Shown: positions 24,786-35,902, numbered from the stretch's first letter. The stretch: 40,629 nucleotides of DNA from Sphaerochaetaceae bacterium (GCA_045225895.1 JBGVBT010000016.1:1-40629); one strand, 5' to 3'. Numbers and translations are program-made. Notes: generated by a model from the letters alone, not told the origin.

Positions 24786-24806
24786 ATCATACGAAAAAAG
24801 TATGAT
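24786..24806. promoter_or_regulatory. LTTR-box-like palindrome ATCATAC-N7-GTATGAT (contains T-N11-A)
   Basis: Perfect 7-bp arms. It lies in the 150-bp lysR/asnB divergent region, 30 nt from the lysR ATG. TATAAT hexamers follow on the plus strand at 24810-24815 and at 24850-24855; the latter has TTGTTT 17 nt upstream. Confidence 0.5.
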
Positions 24807-24906
24807 GGCTATAATATTATATGTATTTGTTTGTTTTTTATCAACTTTATATAATCATCCCCAATAATACTCGGCCCCGTGTTTTCGGGACCGGAAGGAG
24901 CGGGAT

Positions 24907-26496
24907 ATGTGTTCAATTATCGGTTTTTCATCAACCTCAGTTTCTCCCGACTCCGTAAGGAGCCTTTTCGAGAAATCAATTTCAAGAGGACCTGATCAGG
25001 TCCGTTTCGAGAGGGTCGCCAATAATAACAATACATACCTCGGTTTCAACCGCCTTGCCATCATGGACCTCAACCCCACAGGGATGCAGCCCTTCCATCT
25101 GGACGGCGACAGCCTTGTCTGCAACGGTGAGATCTACGGATTCAGACCAATAAAGGAAAGTCTCGAGAGCAAATACGAATTCAAAAGCGAATCCGACTGC
25201 GAGGTTCTTCTTCCCCTCTGGAAGGAGAAAGGAACCGACATGTTCAAGGAACTTGACGCGGAGTTCGCTCTCGTCATCTACGACGCGAAGTCCGGTTCAC
25301 TTGTGGCGGCCAGAGATCCCATCGGAATCAGGCCGCTTTTTTATGGCGTTTTTCCGGACGGAGGCATTGTTTTCTGCAGTGAGGCAAGATGTCTTGTGGG
25401 ACTTTGTGAAGAAGTCGTTCCTTTCCCGCCGGGATGTTATTACAAGGACGGGCAGTTTGTAAGATATGCAGATCCCGCCGGGGTTGTCCGGTACACCACG
25501 GATGATTTGGACACCGTGTGCAGAACGATCAGGGATAAGCTTATAGCTGGGGTGGAGAAACGCCTTGATTCGGATGCCCCGGTAGGATTTCTGCTTTCAG
25601 GAGGCCTTGATTCCAGCCTTGTATGCGCCATTTCGGCAGGAATCCTGAAAAAGAGGATAAGGACATTCGCCATAGGAATGGATACTGACCCGATTGACCT
25701 CAGATATGCGAAGCAGGTTGCGGACTTCATCGGAAGCGACCACATGGAAGTGCATATGACGATCGAAGATGTGCTTCAGAATCTGGATACGGTCATCTCG
25801 ATACTGGGAACGTGGGACATAACCACAATCCGTGCGAGCATGGGAATGTTCCTGTGCTGCAAGGCAATCCATGAGAAGACTGACGTGAAGGTCCTTCTTA
25901 CAGGCGAGATTTCGGATGAGCTGTTCGGATACAAGTATACGGATTTCGCACCTTCGGCCGAGGCCTTCCAGAAAGAGGCCCAGAAGAGGATACGCGAGCT
26001 CCATTACTACGATGTCCTCAGGGCCGACCGGTGCATTTCGGACAACACGCTCGAGGCCAGGGTCCCATTCGGCGATCTGGATTTCGTACGGTACGTGATG
26101 TCCATCGATCCCGAGATGAAGATGAACAGTTACAACATGGGCAAATACCTTCTCAGGAAAGCCTTTGCCGACGACCACATACTCCCTGATGAGATCCTCT
26201 GGCGCCAGAAGGCTGCATTCTCTGATGCCGTTGGCCACAGCATGGTGGACGGTCTGAAAGCCTATGCCGAAAAGCTCTATTCGGATGAGGAATATGAGAA
26301 GAGACGCAGACAGTACGGCTACTGCATGCCGTTTACAAAGGAAAGCCTGATGTACAGGGAGATATTCGAGAAGCATTATCCGGGCGGGGCAAGGATGATT
26401 CCCGACTACTGGATGCCGAACAAGGAATGGGAAGGATGCAACGTGAACGATCCTTCGGCAAGGGTTCTTTCGAACTATGGAGCAAGCGGAGTCTGA
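24907..26496 (+). CDS. asnB: Asparagine synthetase B (glutamine-hydrolysing)
   Basis: 529 aa. N-terminal MCSIIGF provides the Cys2 Ntn nucleophile. The PP-loop reads FLLSGGLDSSLV. GGAAGGAG SD lies upstream. Confidence 0.9.
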   Translation: MCSIIGFSSTSVSPDSVRSLFEKSISRGPDQVRFERVANNNNTYLGFNRLAIMDLNPTGMQPFHLDGDSLVCNGEIYGFRPIKESLESKYEFKSESDCEVLLPLWKEKGTDMFKELDAEFALVIYDAKSGSLVAARDPIGIRPLFYGVFPDGGIVFCSEARCLVGLCEEVVPFPPGCYYKDGQFVRYADPAGVVRYTTDDLDTVCRTIRDKLIAGVEKRLDSDAPVGFLLSGGLDSSLVCAISAGILKKRIRTFAIGMDTDPIDLRYAKQVADFIGSDHMEVHMTIEDVLQNLDTVISILGTWDITTIRASMGMFLCCKAIHEKTDVKVLLTGEISDELFGYKYTDFAPSAEAFQKEAQKRIRELHYYDVLRADRCISDNTLEARVPFGDLDFVRYVMSIDPEMKMNSYNMGKYLLRKAFADDHILPDEILWRQKAAFSDAVGHSMVDGLKAYAEKLYSDEEYEKRRRQYGYCMPFTKESLMYREIFEKHYPGGARMIPDYWMPNKEWEGCNVNDPSARVLSNYGASGV

Positions 26497-26509
26497 CAGG
26501 GGGTGGATT

Positions 26510-28612
26510 ATGGAAAAAGATATGGATCTGACAAAAGAATTCGCAAGTTGTGTGTTCACTGAGGAGACAATGGAGAAATACGTTCCGTCCTCCGAGATCG
26601 TGAAGTACAGAAAGTGCATGGAGACAGGCGAGAGCCTTTCCATGGATACCGCCGATGCCATAGCAAAAGGCATGAAGGAATGGGCAATAAGCATGGGAGC
26701 CACCCATTACTGCCACTGGTTCCAGCCGCTGACCGGAGGAACCGCCGAAAAGCACGAAGGCTTCATCAGCCCCACCGGAAAAGGCAAGGTCATCATGGAC
26801 TTCTCCGGCAAGGAACTGGTCAAGGGCGAGCCCGATGCATCGAGCTTCCCATCGGGAGGTCTGAGGGCCACTTTCGAGGCCAGAGGCTACAGTGCCTGGG
26901 ATCCCACTTCCTATGCGTTCATCGCAGACGGAAGCCTTTGCGTACCCACCGTGTTCTTCTCGTATTCCGGAGAGTCGCTTGACCAGAAGACCCCGCTTCT
27001 GAGGTCCCTCAGCGCACTGAACAGACAGGCATTGAGGATTCTCAGGATCTTCGGAGACAAGGATACTAAGTACGTCACCTCCATGGTCGGTCCCGAGCAG
27101 GAGTACTTTCTGATAGACAAGGAGCTTTTCAACAAACGCGAGGACCTGAAGATCTGCGGAAGAACACTTTTCGGATCCCGTCCGCCCAAGACACAGGAGC
27201 TGAACGACCATTACTTCGGTTCTATCAAGCCGAGGGTCTCCGCCTACATGAAGGACTTCGAGAAGGAGCTCTGGAAGCTGGGAGTCCTTGCCAAAACAAA
27301 GCACAACGAGGTTGCCCCGTCCCAGCACGAGATGGCACCCATATACACTGACTGCAACAGCGCCAACGACCAGAACCAGCTGACGATGAACGTCATGAGG
27401 CAGGTGGCCGACAGACACGGTCTTGTCTGTCTTCTTGCCGAAAAGCCGTTCGACGGGGTAAACGGAAGCGGAAAGCACAACAACTGGTCCGTTGCCACTG
27501 ACAAGGGCAAAAACCTTCTTTCTCCTGGAAAGACCCCCTCTCAGAATGCCCAGTTCCTGCTGTTCCTCGCCGCATTCGTAAGCTCTGTGGACGAGTATCA
27601 GGATCTTCTCAGAAGCACCGTAGCCTATGCGGGAAACGACAACAGACTGGGAGGCCACGAGGCACCTCCTGCCATCATCTCCATCTTCCTGGGCTCCGAG
27701 CTCCAGAGCGTCATAGACTCGATCATCCAGGACAGAAGCTATGACGGAACGGATGTCAAACCGATCAAGATCGGCATAGACACCATGCCGTTCATACCTC
27801 GTGACACCACGGACCGCAACAGGACAAGCCCAATAGCTTTCACCGGAAACAAGTTCGAATTCAGGATGCCCGGATCAAGCCAGTCCATTGCTGGCCCGAA
27901 CACTGTTCTGAATACAATAATGGCCGAAAAACTCTGTGAATACGCAGATATTCTGGATAAGGTTGCATCGGAGGCTATCAATGACAAGCTTCATGACCTG
28001 ATCAAAAGCGAGTTCACGGCACACTCGAGAATCCTGTTCAACGGAAACGGCTATGACAAGAGCTGGGTCGAGGAGGCTAGGAAACGTGGTCTGAGCAACT
28101 TCGCCACAACCGCCCAAGCCATGCACCATTACCTTGACCCCAAGAACGTCGAGCTGATGAAAAAGCATGCCGTCATGTCCGAATCCGAGATGACAGCAAG
28201 AAAGGAGATCTACGTTGAAAAGTACTGCAACGTGCTTTCAATCGAGGCCCACACCCTGATCGACATGGTCAGGCGTGAGATCATACCTGCCGTCTCCGAG
28301 TTCGAGGGATCCCTCTTCAGAACCATCGCAGACATGAGGGCTCTGTTCGACGGTGCCTTCCAGCAGGTAGAGCGCGACACCTGCACCAAGCTCATGTCCT
28401 GCAACATCAGGATGGCCGATCTTGTGGAGAAACTCGGCGAGGCTCTGGATAAGGCCTCGTCGCTCGAGGGCGATGCCATGGCCGACTACTACCACGACAA
28501 GGTCCTTTCCCTGATGGAGAGGATCCGAAGTGCGGTCAACGAGGCTGAGGTGCTGATTCCGTCCAAATACTGGCCGTATCCCACATACAGCCAGCTTCTG
28601 TTCTCAGTCTGA
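26510..28612 (+). CDS. glnN: Type III glutamine synthetase
   Basis: About 700 aa. ...MKEWAISMGATHYCHWFQPLTGGTAEKHEGFISP...FSGKELVKGEPDASSFPSGGLRATFEARGYSAWDP...NGSGKHNNWS. I chose the ATG at 26510, 13 nt after the asnB stop. The track ORF starts at 26477, inside asnB. Confidence 0.88.
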   Translation: MEKDMDLTKEFASCVFTEETMEKYVPSSEIVKYRKCMETGESLSMDTADAIAKGMKEWAISMGATHYCHWFQPLTGGTAEKHEGFISPTGKGKVIMDFSGKELVKGEPDASSFPSGGLRATFEARGYSAWDPTSYAFIADGSLCVPTVFFSYSGESLDQKTPLLRSLSALNRQALRILRIFGDKDTKYVTSMVGPEQEYFLIDKELFNKREDLKICGRTLFGSRPPKTQELNDHYFGSIKPRVSAYMKDFEKELWKLGVLAKTKHNEVAPSQHEMAPIYTDCNSANDQNQLTMNVMRQVADRHGLVCLLAEKPFDGVNGSGKHNNWSVATDKGKNLLSPGKTPSQNAQFLLFLAAFVSSVDEYQDLLRSTVAYAGNDNRLGGHEAPPAIISIFLGSELQSVIDSIIQDRSYDGTDVKPIKIGIDTMPFIPRDTTDRNRTSPIAFTGNKFEFRMPGSSQSIAGPNTVLNTIMAEKLCEYADILDKVASEAINDKLHDLIKSEFTAHSRILFNGNGYDKSWVEEARKRGLSNFATTAQAMHHYLDPKNVELMKKHAVMSESEMTARKEIYVEKYCNVLSIEAHTLIDMVRREIIPAVSEFEGSLFRTIADMRALFDGAFQQVERDTCTKLMSCNIRMADLVEKLGEALDKASSLEGDAMADYYHDKVLSLMERIRSAVNEAEVLIPSKYWPYPTYSQLLFSV

Positions 28613-28626
28613 TCCGGCAGTTTTGA

Positions 28627-30240
<1,614 letters not shown>

Positions 30241-30256
30241 TTGTTTCGGAAAAATA

Positions 30257-31039
30257 TCAGACGACGTAGACCTCGATGCCGCGTGATCTCAGCTTCTCAA
30301 TGTCCTCGTGAGGGGTCTCGTCGTCCGTGACTACGGTCTTTATGAGGGAAAGGTCGAATGCCAGGCAGAAGGCCTTTCTGTTGAACTTGCTGCTGTCCAC
30401 CAGAAGGATCGTCTCCCTTGCATGGGTTGCAAAGGTCCGTTTTGTGCTGGATTCACTCGGAATGGCGCTGTAGCAGCCGGTTTCCGGGTCAATTCCGGAC
30501 ACGCTTGTGATGAACTTGTCCACAAAGTATTTCCTGATGTTCTCAACAGCATCCGGTCCGGTTGTAAGTCTGGTGTCCCTGGTGAGCTCCCCTCCTATCT
30601 GGAGAATACGGTTGTTCTCGTTCTCAAGAAGGATCTCCGCGATGTCGGGCGAGTTGGTGACAAAGAGCATGTTGTTCAGGTCCTTGACCATCGGTGCAAG
30701 GATCTGGTTCGTGCTGCCGCCGTCAATGAAGATGCTTTCGTCGTTCTGTATCAGGGTTGCGGCGAACTGGGCTATGCGCTCCTTCTTCTCCCTGTTCCTT
30801 CCCAGTCGGTCTGCGATGGCGGATGTGTGCAAGACGGCTTTCTTCTGTTCGTTGAGAATGGCTCCGCCGTGGACCCTTATGAGTTTTTTTGATTTCTCGA
30901 GCTCTATCAGGTCACGTCTGATTGTGATCTCAGTCTCGTTGAGAAGAACCGAAAGCTCATGGATGTCGGCTTTCTGGTTTGTCTTTATGTATTCAAGAAT
31001 TCGGTTTCGTCTTTCCTCGATCAGTGATCTCTGTGCCAT
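30257..31039 (-). CDS. DeoR-family transcriptional regulator
   Basis: 260 aa. RRNRILEYIKTNQKADIHELSVLLNETEITIRRDLIELEKSKKLIRVHGG, followed by a DeoR C-terminal sensor domain. Confidence 0.88.
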   Translation of the reverse strand: MAQRSLIEERRNRILEYIKTNQKADIHELSVLLNETEITIRRDLIELEKSKKLIRVHGGAILNEQKKAVLHTSAIADRLGRNREKKERIAQFAATLIQNDESIFIDGGSTNQILAPMVKDLNNMLFVTNSPDIAEILLENENNRILQIGGELTRDTRLTTGPDAVENIRKYFVDKFITSVSGIDPETGCYSAIPSESSTKRTFATHARETILLVDSSKFNRKAFCLAFDLSLIKTVVTDDETPHEDIEKLRSRGIEVYVV

Positions 31040-31120
31040 GCTGTAATTCTACATCATGTATTTTGAGTTGTACAGCGAAATTATCAGAATTTTTGCAAAA
31101 ACGGATTTTTATTGACAAAA

Positions 31121-31141
31121 TTTTGATAATAGCTATCAAAA
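31121..31141. promoter_or_regulatory. Candidate operator palindrome TTTTGATA-atagc-TATCAAAA in the DeoR/aldolase divergent region
   Basis: 8-bp perfect inverted arms. TTGACA at 31112-31117 lies immediately upstream. The surrounding region is AT-rich. Confidence 0.4.
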
Positions 31142-31229
31142 AAATGAAAATTCTGTCTTTACAACAGCACCATTTGGATATAGAGTTTAGGTTAGGAACA
31201 ATATGTGGTTCCTTTGGGAGGTCTTGTTT

Positions 31230-32096
31230 ATGAAGCTTGTATCTGCTAAGGAAATGCTCGATGATGCCGTAAGAGGGCATTACGCCGTAGGTCATTTCAA
31301 CCTTAACAATATGGAGAGCGTAAGGGCTTTTCTCCTTGCCGCTCAGGAAGTTAAATCTCCGATAATCCTTGGTGTCTCCGGTGGAACCGCCAAGTACATG
31401 GGTGGATACCGCACCATCACAGATATGGTCCAGGGATTCATGGATTTCCTTGACATCACCGTTCCGGTCGCACTTCACGTGGACCACGGCAAATACGCCG
31501 AGGCTCTGGATGCAATCGAGAAGGGCTTCTCTTCCGTCATGTTCGACGGCTCGTCTCTTCCCATCGAGGAGAACATCGAGAAGACTAAGGAAGTCGTCAG
31601 ACTGGCACATGCCAAGGGCATCAGTGTCGAGGCAGAGGTCGGCGGTATCGGAGGAGAGGAGGACGGACGCATCTCACGCGGTGAGTGCGCAGACCCGAAG
31701 CAGTGCAAGATGATAGCGGATCTCGGAATCGATTTCCTTGCAGCCGGAATCGGAAACATCCACGGAAAGTATCCCGCAGACTGGGAAGGACTCCATTTCG
31801 ATGTCCTCGCAGCCATCAAGAAAGAGATCGGAAACCTTCCTTTGGTCCTTCACGGAGGTTCGATGATCCCCGACGACCAGATCAGGGAAGCAATCAGAAA
31901 CGGTGTTGCAAAGATCAATGTCAACACCGAGTGCCAGATTGCATTCACCGAGGCCACCAGAAAGTACTTCGAGGAGAACCGAGACAAGGAGAGCAAGGGC
32001 TTCACTCCCAGAGCTGTCCTGGCACCGGGCCTTGAGGCAACCAAGGCAATGTGCATCAAGAAGATGGAACTGTTCGGAAGCATCGGAAAAGCCTGA
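31230..32096 (+). CDS. fba: Class II fructose-/ketose-1,6-bisphosphate aldolase (Bacillus FbaA-like)
   Basis: MKLVSAKEMLDDAVRGHYAVGHFNLNNMESVRAFLLAAQEVKSPIILGVSGG...VALHVDHG...SVEAEVG...LVLHGGS...KINVNTE. ATG at 31230 is preceded by GGGAGG. The track ORF starts at 31203. Confidence 0.8.
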   Translation: MKLVSAKEMLDDAVRGHYAVGHFNLNNMESVRAFLLAAQEVKSPIILGVSGGTAKYMGGYRTITDMVQGFMDFLDITVPVALHVDHGKYAEALDAIEKGFSSVMFDGSSLPIEENIEKTKEVVRLAHAKGISVEAEVGGIGGEEDGRISRGECADPKQCKMIADLGIDFLAAGIGNIHGKYPADWEGLHFDVLAAIKKEIGNLPLVLHGGSMIPDDQIREAIRNGVAKINVNTECQIAFTEATRKYFEENRDKESKGFTPRAVLAPGLEATKAMCIKKMELFGSIGKA

Positions 32097-32111
32097 TTTA
32101 CGGAGACAAAG

Positions 32112-32930
32112 ATGAGGGATCCTGATTTCCTTGAAAACAAGGCAAGACAGCTCAGAATCGACACTCTGGACATGATCCTCAAGGCCGGATCGGGCCATGT
32201 GGGAGGATCGTTCTCGATTGCCGAGCTTCTGGTTGCCCTTTATTACGACAAGATGAATCTCGGAAAGGGTGCATCCGACCCTGACCGTGACAGGTTCGTC
32301 CTTTCCAAAGGCCATGCCAATCCCATCCTGTATGCAGTCCTCATGGACATAGGGTTCGCACCCAAAGAGGCCAAGGACACACTCAGACGTTACGGCAGCC
32401 CGTTCCAGGGACATCCGGACAGCTCCAAGTGTCCGGGTCTGGACTGCAGCACCGGATCTCTGGGCCAGGGACTGAGCATTGCAACGGGAATGGCACTTGG
32501 ACTTAAGAAGCAGGGCCGCCCGGGCCATGTCTATGTAATCACCGGAGACGGAGAGCTTCAGGAAGGAATCTGCTGGGAAGCCTTCATGGCTGCCAATGCA
32601 TTCAAGCTGGACAACCTGACCGTCATCATAGACAGGAACAGGCTTCAACTCAGCGCACCTACGGAGGTGACGAATCCGCTGGACAGCATCGAGGACAAGC
32701 TGAGAAGCTTCAATTTCGCAGTCGATTCGATTGACGGACACGACTTTGAGCAGATTTTCGGTGCTCTGGACAAAAAGTATGAGGGAAAGCCGCACTGCAT
32801 AGTGGCCAACACGATCAAGGGTATGGGCGTTTCCTTCATGGAGAACGGAGTCAAGTGGCACGGCGCACTTCCCACAGGGGACGAGATCGCCGAGGCATAC
32901 AGGGAACTGGGGGCAAGCTATGGCAAATAA
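32112..32930 (+). CDS. Transketolase, N-terminal (TPP-binding) subunit
   Basis: 272 aa. GSGHVGGSFSIAELLVALYY...SKGHANPILYAVL...ITGDGELQEGICWEA. Confidence 0.9.
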   Translation: MRDPDFLENKARQLRIDTLDMILKAGSGHVGGSFSIAELLVALYYDKMNLGKGASDPDRDRFVLSKGHANPILYAVLMDIGFAPKEAKDTLRRYGSPFQGHPDSSKCPGLDCSTGSLGQGLSIATGMALGLKKQGRPGHVYVITGDGELQEGICWEAFMAANAFKLDNLTVIIDRNRLQLSAPTEVTNPLDSIEDKLRSFNFAVDSIDGHDFEQIFGALDKKYEGKPHCIVANTIKGMGVSFMENGVKWHGALPTGDEIAEAYRELGASYGK

Positions 32931-33858
32931 GGAAGCTACCAGATTCGGTTTCTATGAAGGACTGGTCGAACTTGCGAAGGACCATCCCGAAATCTATTGC
33001 CTGGATGCCGACCTTGCCAAGACAACAGGGTCCGTCGCATTCCAGAAGGCTTTCCCGGAAAGATACATCGATGTCGGAATCGCCGAGCAGAACATGGTCG
33101 GAATCTCCGCCGGACTGAGCAAGGTCGGACTTGTTCCGTTCTGCGCCTCGATGGCCGTCTTTGTTGCGGGCCGCGCTTTCGAGATCATCAGAAACGGTGT
33201 CTGCTACTCGCGTCTGAACGTCAAGATCGTCGGAAGCCACGGCGGAATCACGGCAGCCGGTGACGGTGGAAGCCACCAGTGCGTCGAGGACATAGGGATC
33301 ATGAGGTCTCTGCCCAACATGACGGTGCTTCAGCCATGTGACTCCAACCAGGCAAGGCTTATTGCAAAACTGGCCTACGAGATCAAGGGACCTGTGTATG
33401 TCAGGACATCGAGAGAGCCGATGGAGAACATCACAAGCCTTGACGACAAGCTTGAGTTCGGCAAGGTCCAGGTTCTGTCCGAAGGAAAGGACCTGTGCAT
33501 CATCGCTTCAGGAATGATGACCTGTCTTGCACATCAGGCTTTGGAAATTCTCAAAGAGAACGGAATTAAGGCATCGTTGGTGAACATTCATACCATCAAG
33601 CCGTTTGACAGGGACGGAGTTGTGGCTGCAGTCAGAAAGGCCGGTGGACGCGTTCTTGTCTGCGAGGAATCCAACATGGTCTGCGGCCTGACGGAGGCCG
33701 TCGCAAGCGCTCTGGTGGAAGAGGACGGAATCAGGATCTCGCATGTGGCGATAGAGGACCGCTTCGGTCAGTCAGGTGCCACAGGTGAGCTTCTTGAGGC
33801 ATACGGAATAACAAAGGAGAACATTGCCGCAAAGGCAATGGAGCTCTGCAGAAGATAG
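32920..33858 (+). CDS. Transketolase, C-terminal (pyrimidine-binding) subunit
   Basis: 312 aa. FPERYIDVGIAEQNMVGISAGL...GSHGGITAAGDGGSHQ. It overlaps the N-terminal subunit gene by 11 nt. Confidence 0.9.
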   Translation: MANKEATRFGFYEGLVELAKDHPEIYCLDADLAKTTGSVAFQKAFPERYIDVGIAEQNMVGISAGLSKVGLVPFCASMAVFVAGRAFEIIRNGVCYSRLNVKIVGSHGGITAAGDGGSHQCVEDIGIMRSLPNMTVLQPCDSNQARLIAKLAYEIKGPVYVRTSREPMENITSLDDKLEFGKVQVLSEGKDLCIIASGMMTCLAHQALEILKENGIKASLVNIHTIKPFDRDGVVAAVRKAGGRVLVCEESNMVCGLTEAVASALVEEDGIRISHVAIEDRFGQSGATGELLEAYGITKENIAAKAMELCRR

Positions 33859-33867
33859 GGATTTGAA

Positions 33868-34782
33868 TTGGAACGGTTTCAGATTGTCGGGGTCGGATAC
33901 AACTGTGTGGATGTCATCTGCAACGTTGAGGACTTCCCTGTAGAGAACAGCTCGACTCACATCACAACCCGGATCACCCAGGGCGGGGGAGCCTCCGCCA
34001 CGGCCATCGTGGCCGCCTCCAGGCTGGGCTCCAAATGTGCCTTCATAGGGACGCTCGGAAACGACATGCTCTCCGATGAATGTGTCAGGCTGTTTCAGCA
34101 GGACGGGGTCTGCACCGACTATCTGGTACGCAGGGATGACTGCTGGGGCCTTGAGTCCATAGTGATGGTCAACCCGGAAACCGGTTCTAGGACAAAGTTC
34201 CCGCAGCGCGACTACAATCCGCCGATCGTCTGGGACGAAAGGCTCAGACAGGTCATAAGGAACTGCGACATTGTCCATCTTGACGGCACTCACTACGACA
34301 ATGCCCTCAATGCTGCAAAGATAGCCAGGGAGTACGGCGTCACCGTATCCCTGGACGGATGTTCCATGCAGAAAGACAATGAGAAAAACAGAACACTTGC
34401 GACTTTGTCTGATATACTTATAATGAACAATAAATATCCGCTCCGCGTGAGCGGGAAGGCCTCGTACGACGAGGCGCTGCTCGAAATGTCGACATGGGGA
34501 AAGAAACTCGTCGTCGGATGCACCCTCGGCGAGGATGGAAGCAAGTTCGTTGTGGACGGGAAGGTGGTGAACTATCCCGCCTTCAAGGCTTCCAAAGTGG
34601 TTGACACCACAGGATGCGGGGATGTGTTCCACGGTTCGTTCCTCAACGCGTACGTTTCGGGCATGGACCTTGGGCATTGCATCAGGTTTGCTAGTGCAAC
34701 GGCATGCTGCAAATGTGCGGTGCCCGGAGGCAGGGCCGGAATCCCGGACAGGGAGACGGTCCTGAAAATGATCGGAGAATAA
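33868..34782 (+). CDS. PfkB/ribokinase-family carbohydrate kinase
   Basis: 304 aa. IVGVGYNCVDV...GGGASATAIVAASRLG...VDTTGCGDVFHGSFL. An apparent TTG start at 33868 is used because there is no in-frame ATG near the N-terminus. Confidence 0.8.
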   Translation: MERFQIVGVGYNCVDVICNVEDFPVENSSTHITTRITQGGGASATAIVAASRLGSKCAFIGTLGNDMLSDECVRLFQQDGVCTDYLVRRDDCWGLESIVMVNPETGSRTKFPQRDYNPPIVWDERLRQVIRNCDIVHLDGTHYDNALNAAKIAREYGVTVSLDGCSMQKDNEKNRTLATLSDILIMNNKYPLRVSGKASYDEALLEMSTWGKKLVVGCTLGEDGSKFVVDGKVVNYPAFKASKVVDTTGCGDVFHGSFLNAYVSGMDLGHCIRFASATACCKCAVPGGRAGIPDRETVLKMIGE

Positions 34783-34820
34783 CTACACGGTATGTGTAGG
34801 AAAAAGAAAAGGAGAAAAGT

Positions 34821-35861
34821 ATGAAGAAAGCATTAACAGTTTTGCTTATCGCTCTGGTTGCCATGACAGCCATTTTCGCACAGGCCGCAGCCGAGTCAAA
34901 GGCCGGCGGATCCGGAGAGCTCATTCTTTACACAACAGTGAGCCAGGCACACTATGACATCGCCATTGCAAAGTTCAATGAGCTGTATCCGAACATCACT
35001 GTCTACTACACATACGGTGGTGCAGGAGACTGCAAGGCAAGAATCCAGGCTGAGGCTTCCAATCCTCAGGCCGATGCAATGTTCGGCGGACTCCAGTATG
35101 CCGACCTCGATGCATACGGACAGTATTTCGACACCTATGTCAGCAAGAACGACGCCAAGATGCAGGAAGGCTACCACAACACATCCGGTAAGCTCACATT
35201 CCACGACATCCAGATCCCCGTCATGGTCGTCAACGACGCAATCGAGAAGGATCTCGGAATCAAGGTCACAGGATGGAACTCACTGCTCGATCCGAAACTC
35301 TACGGAAAGGTAGTCATCGCCAACCCGACATCATCATCTTCAGCATGGAACAACCTCCAGTGTCTGCTCACAGACTTCGGCGGTTGGGACAGCCCCGCAG
35401 CTTGGGATTACATCGCAAAGCTCATGCAGAACGGACTTGTTGTCGTAAGCTCATCCTCAGTCCCCGGAAAGTCAACTCTCGCCGGTGAGTATGCAGTTGG
35501 TCTCTCATACGAGCCCGCAATCGTCAAGCTTCTTGATGCCGGAACAACCGGTGGCCACATGGTCTACTGGGAAGAGGGTGTCACCAGTGTCGGATTCGCT
35601 TCTGCAATCATCAAGGGTGCTAAGAACCTTGAGAACGCAAAGCTGTTCATGGACTTCCTCCAGAGCGACGAAGGCCAGCAGTCCTACCTCGATGCTGCAG
35701 CAAGACCTGCCACAACAACAAAGCTGACAGGCGGCAGCGCAAGAATGGTCGATATCGACACCATCAACTACAAGGTCGCCGATACAGAGGCTCTTGCAAA
35801 GAACAAGGCAGCCATCTGCGACAAGTGGAACGAGTACTGGGCAAAGTACGGCAAGAACTGA
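34821..35861 (+). CDS. ABC transporter substrate-binding protein, FbpA/AfuA/PotD-type
   Basis: 346 aa. The signal peptide MKKALTVLLIALVAMTAIFAQAAAE has no lipobox Cys. The mature protein starts GELILYTTVSQ.... AAGGAGAAAAG SD lies upstream. Confidence 0.8.
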   Translation: MKKALTVLLIALVAMTAIFAQAAAESKAGGSGELILYTTVSQAHYDIAIAKFNELYPNITVYYTYGGAGDCKARIQAEASNPQADAMFGGLQYADLDAYGQYFDTYVSKNDAKMQEGYHNTSGKLTFHDIQIPVMVVNDAIEKDLGIKVTGWNSLLDPKLYGKVVIANPTSSSSAWNNLQCLLTDFGGWDSPAAWDYIAKLMQNGLVVVSSSSVPGKSTLAGEYAVGLSYEPAIVKLLDAGTTGGHMVYWEEGVTSVGFASAIIKGAKNLENAKLFMDFLQSDEGQQSYLDAAARPATTTKLTGGSARMVDIDTINYKVADTEALAKNKAAICDKWNEYWAKYGKN

Positions 35862-35880
35862 TAACGGATGCAAATCCTAT

Positions 35881-35902
35881 GTGGCCCCGCTTCCGGGGCC
35901 AC
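35881..35902 (+). terminator. Intercistronic GC-rich hairpin after the binding-protein gene (attenuator or mRNA stabiliser)
   Basis: GTGGCCCCG-cttc-CGGGGCCAC is a perfect 9-bp stem. It is followed by AAAATTTG rather than a clean U-tract. Confidence 0.45.

Noticed and set aside
24816-24906. A possible T-box or glutamine riboswitch in the asnB leader.
   Set aside because: The leader is only about 50-90 nt and AT-rich. It has a single imperfect hairpin (GGCCCCG/CGGGACC), which is too short for a T-box, and I recognised no glnA-RNA motifs.
31674-34677. Minus-strand ORFs of 395 aa (31674-32861) and 301 aa (33772-34677).
   Set aside because: They are antisense to the aldolase/transketolase genes and to the PfkB kinase gene. 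They are shadow ORFs.
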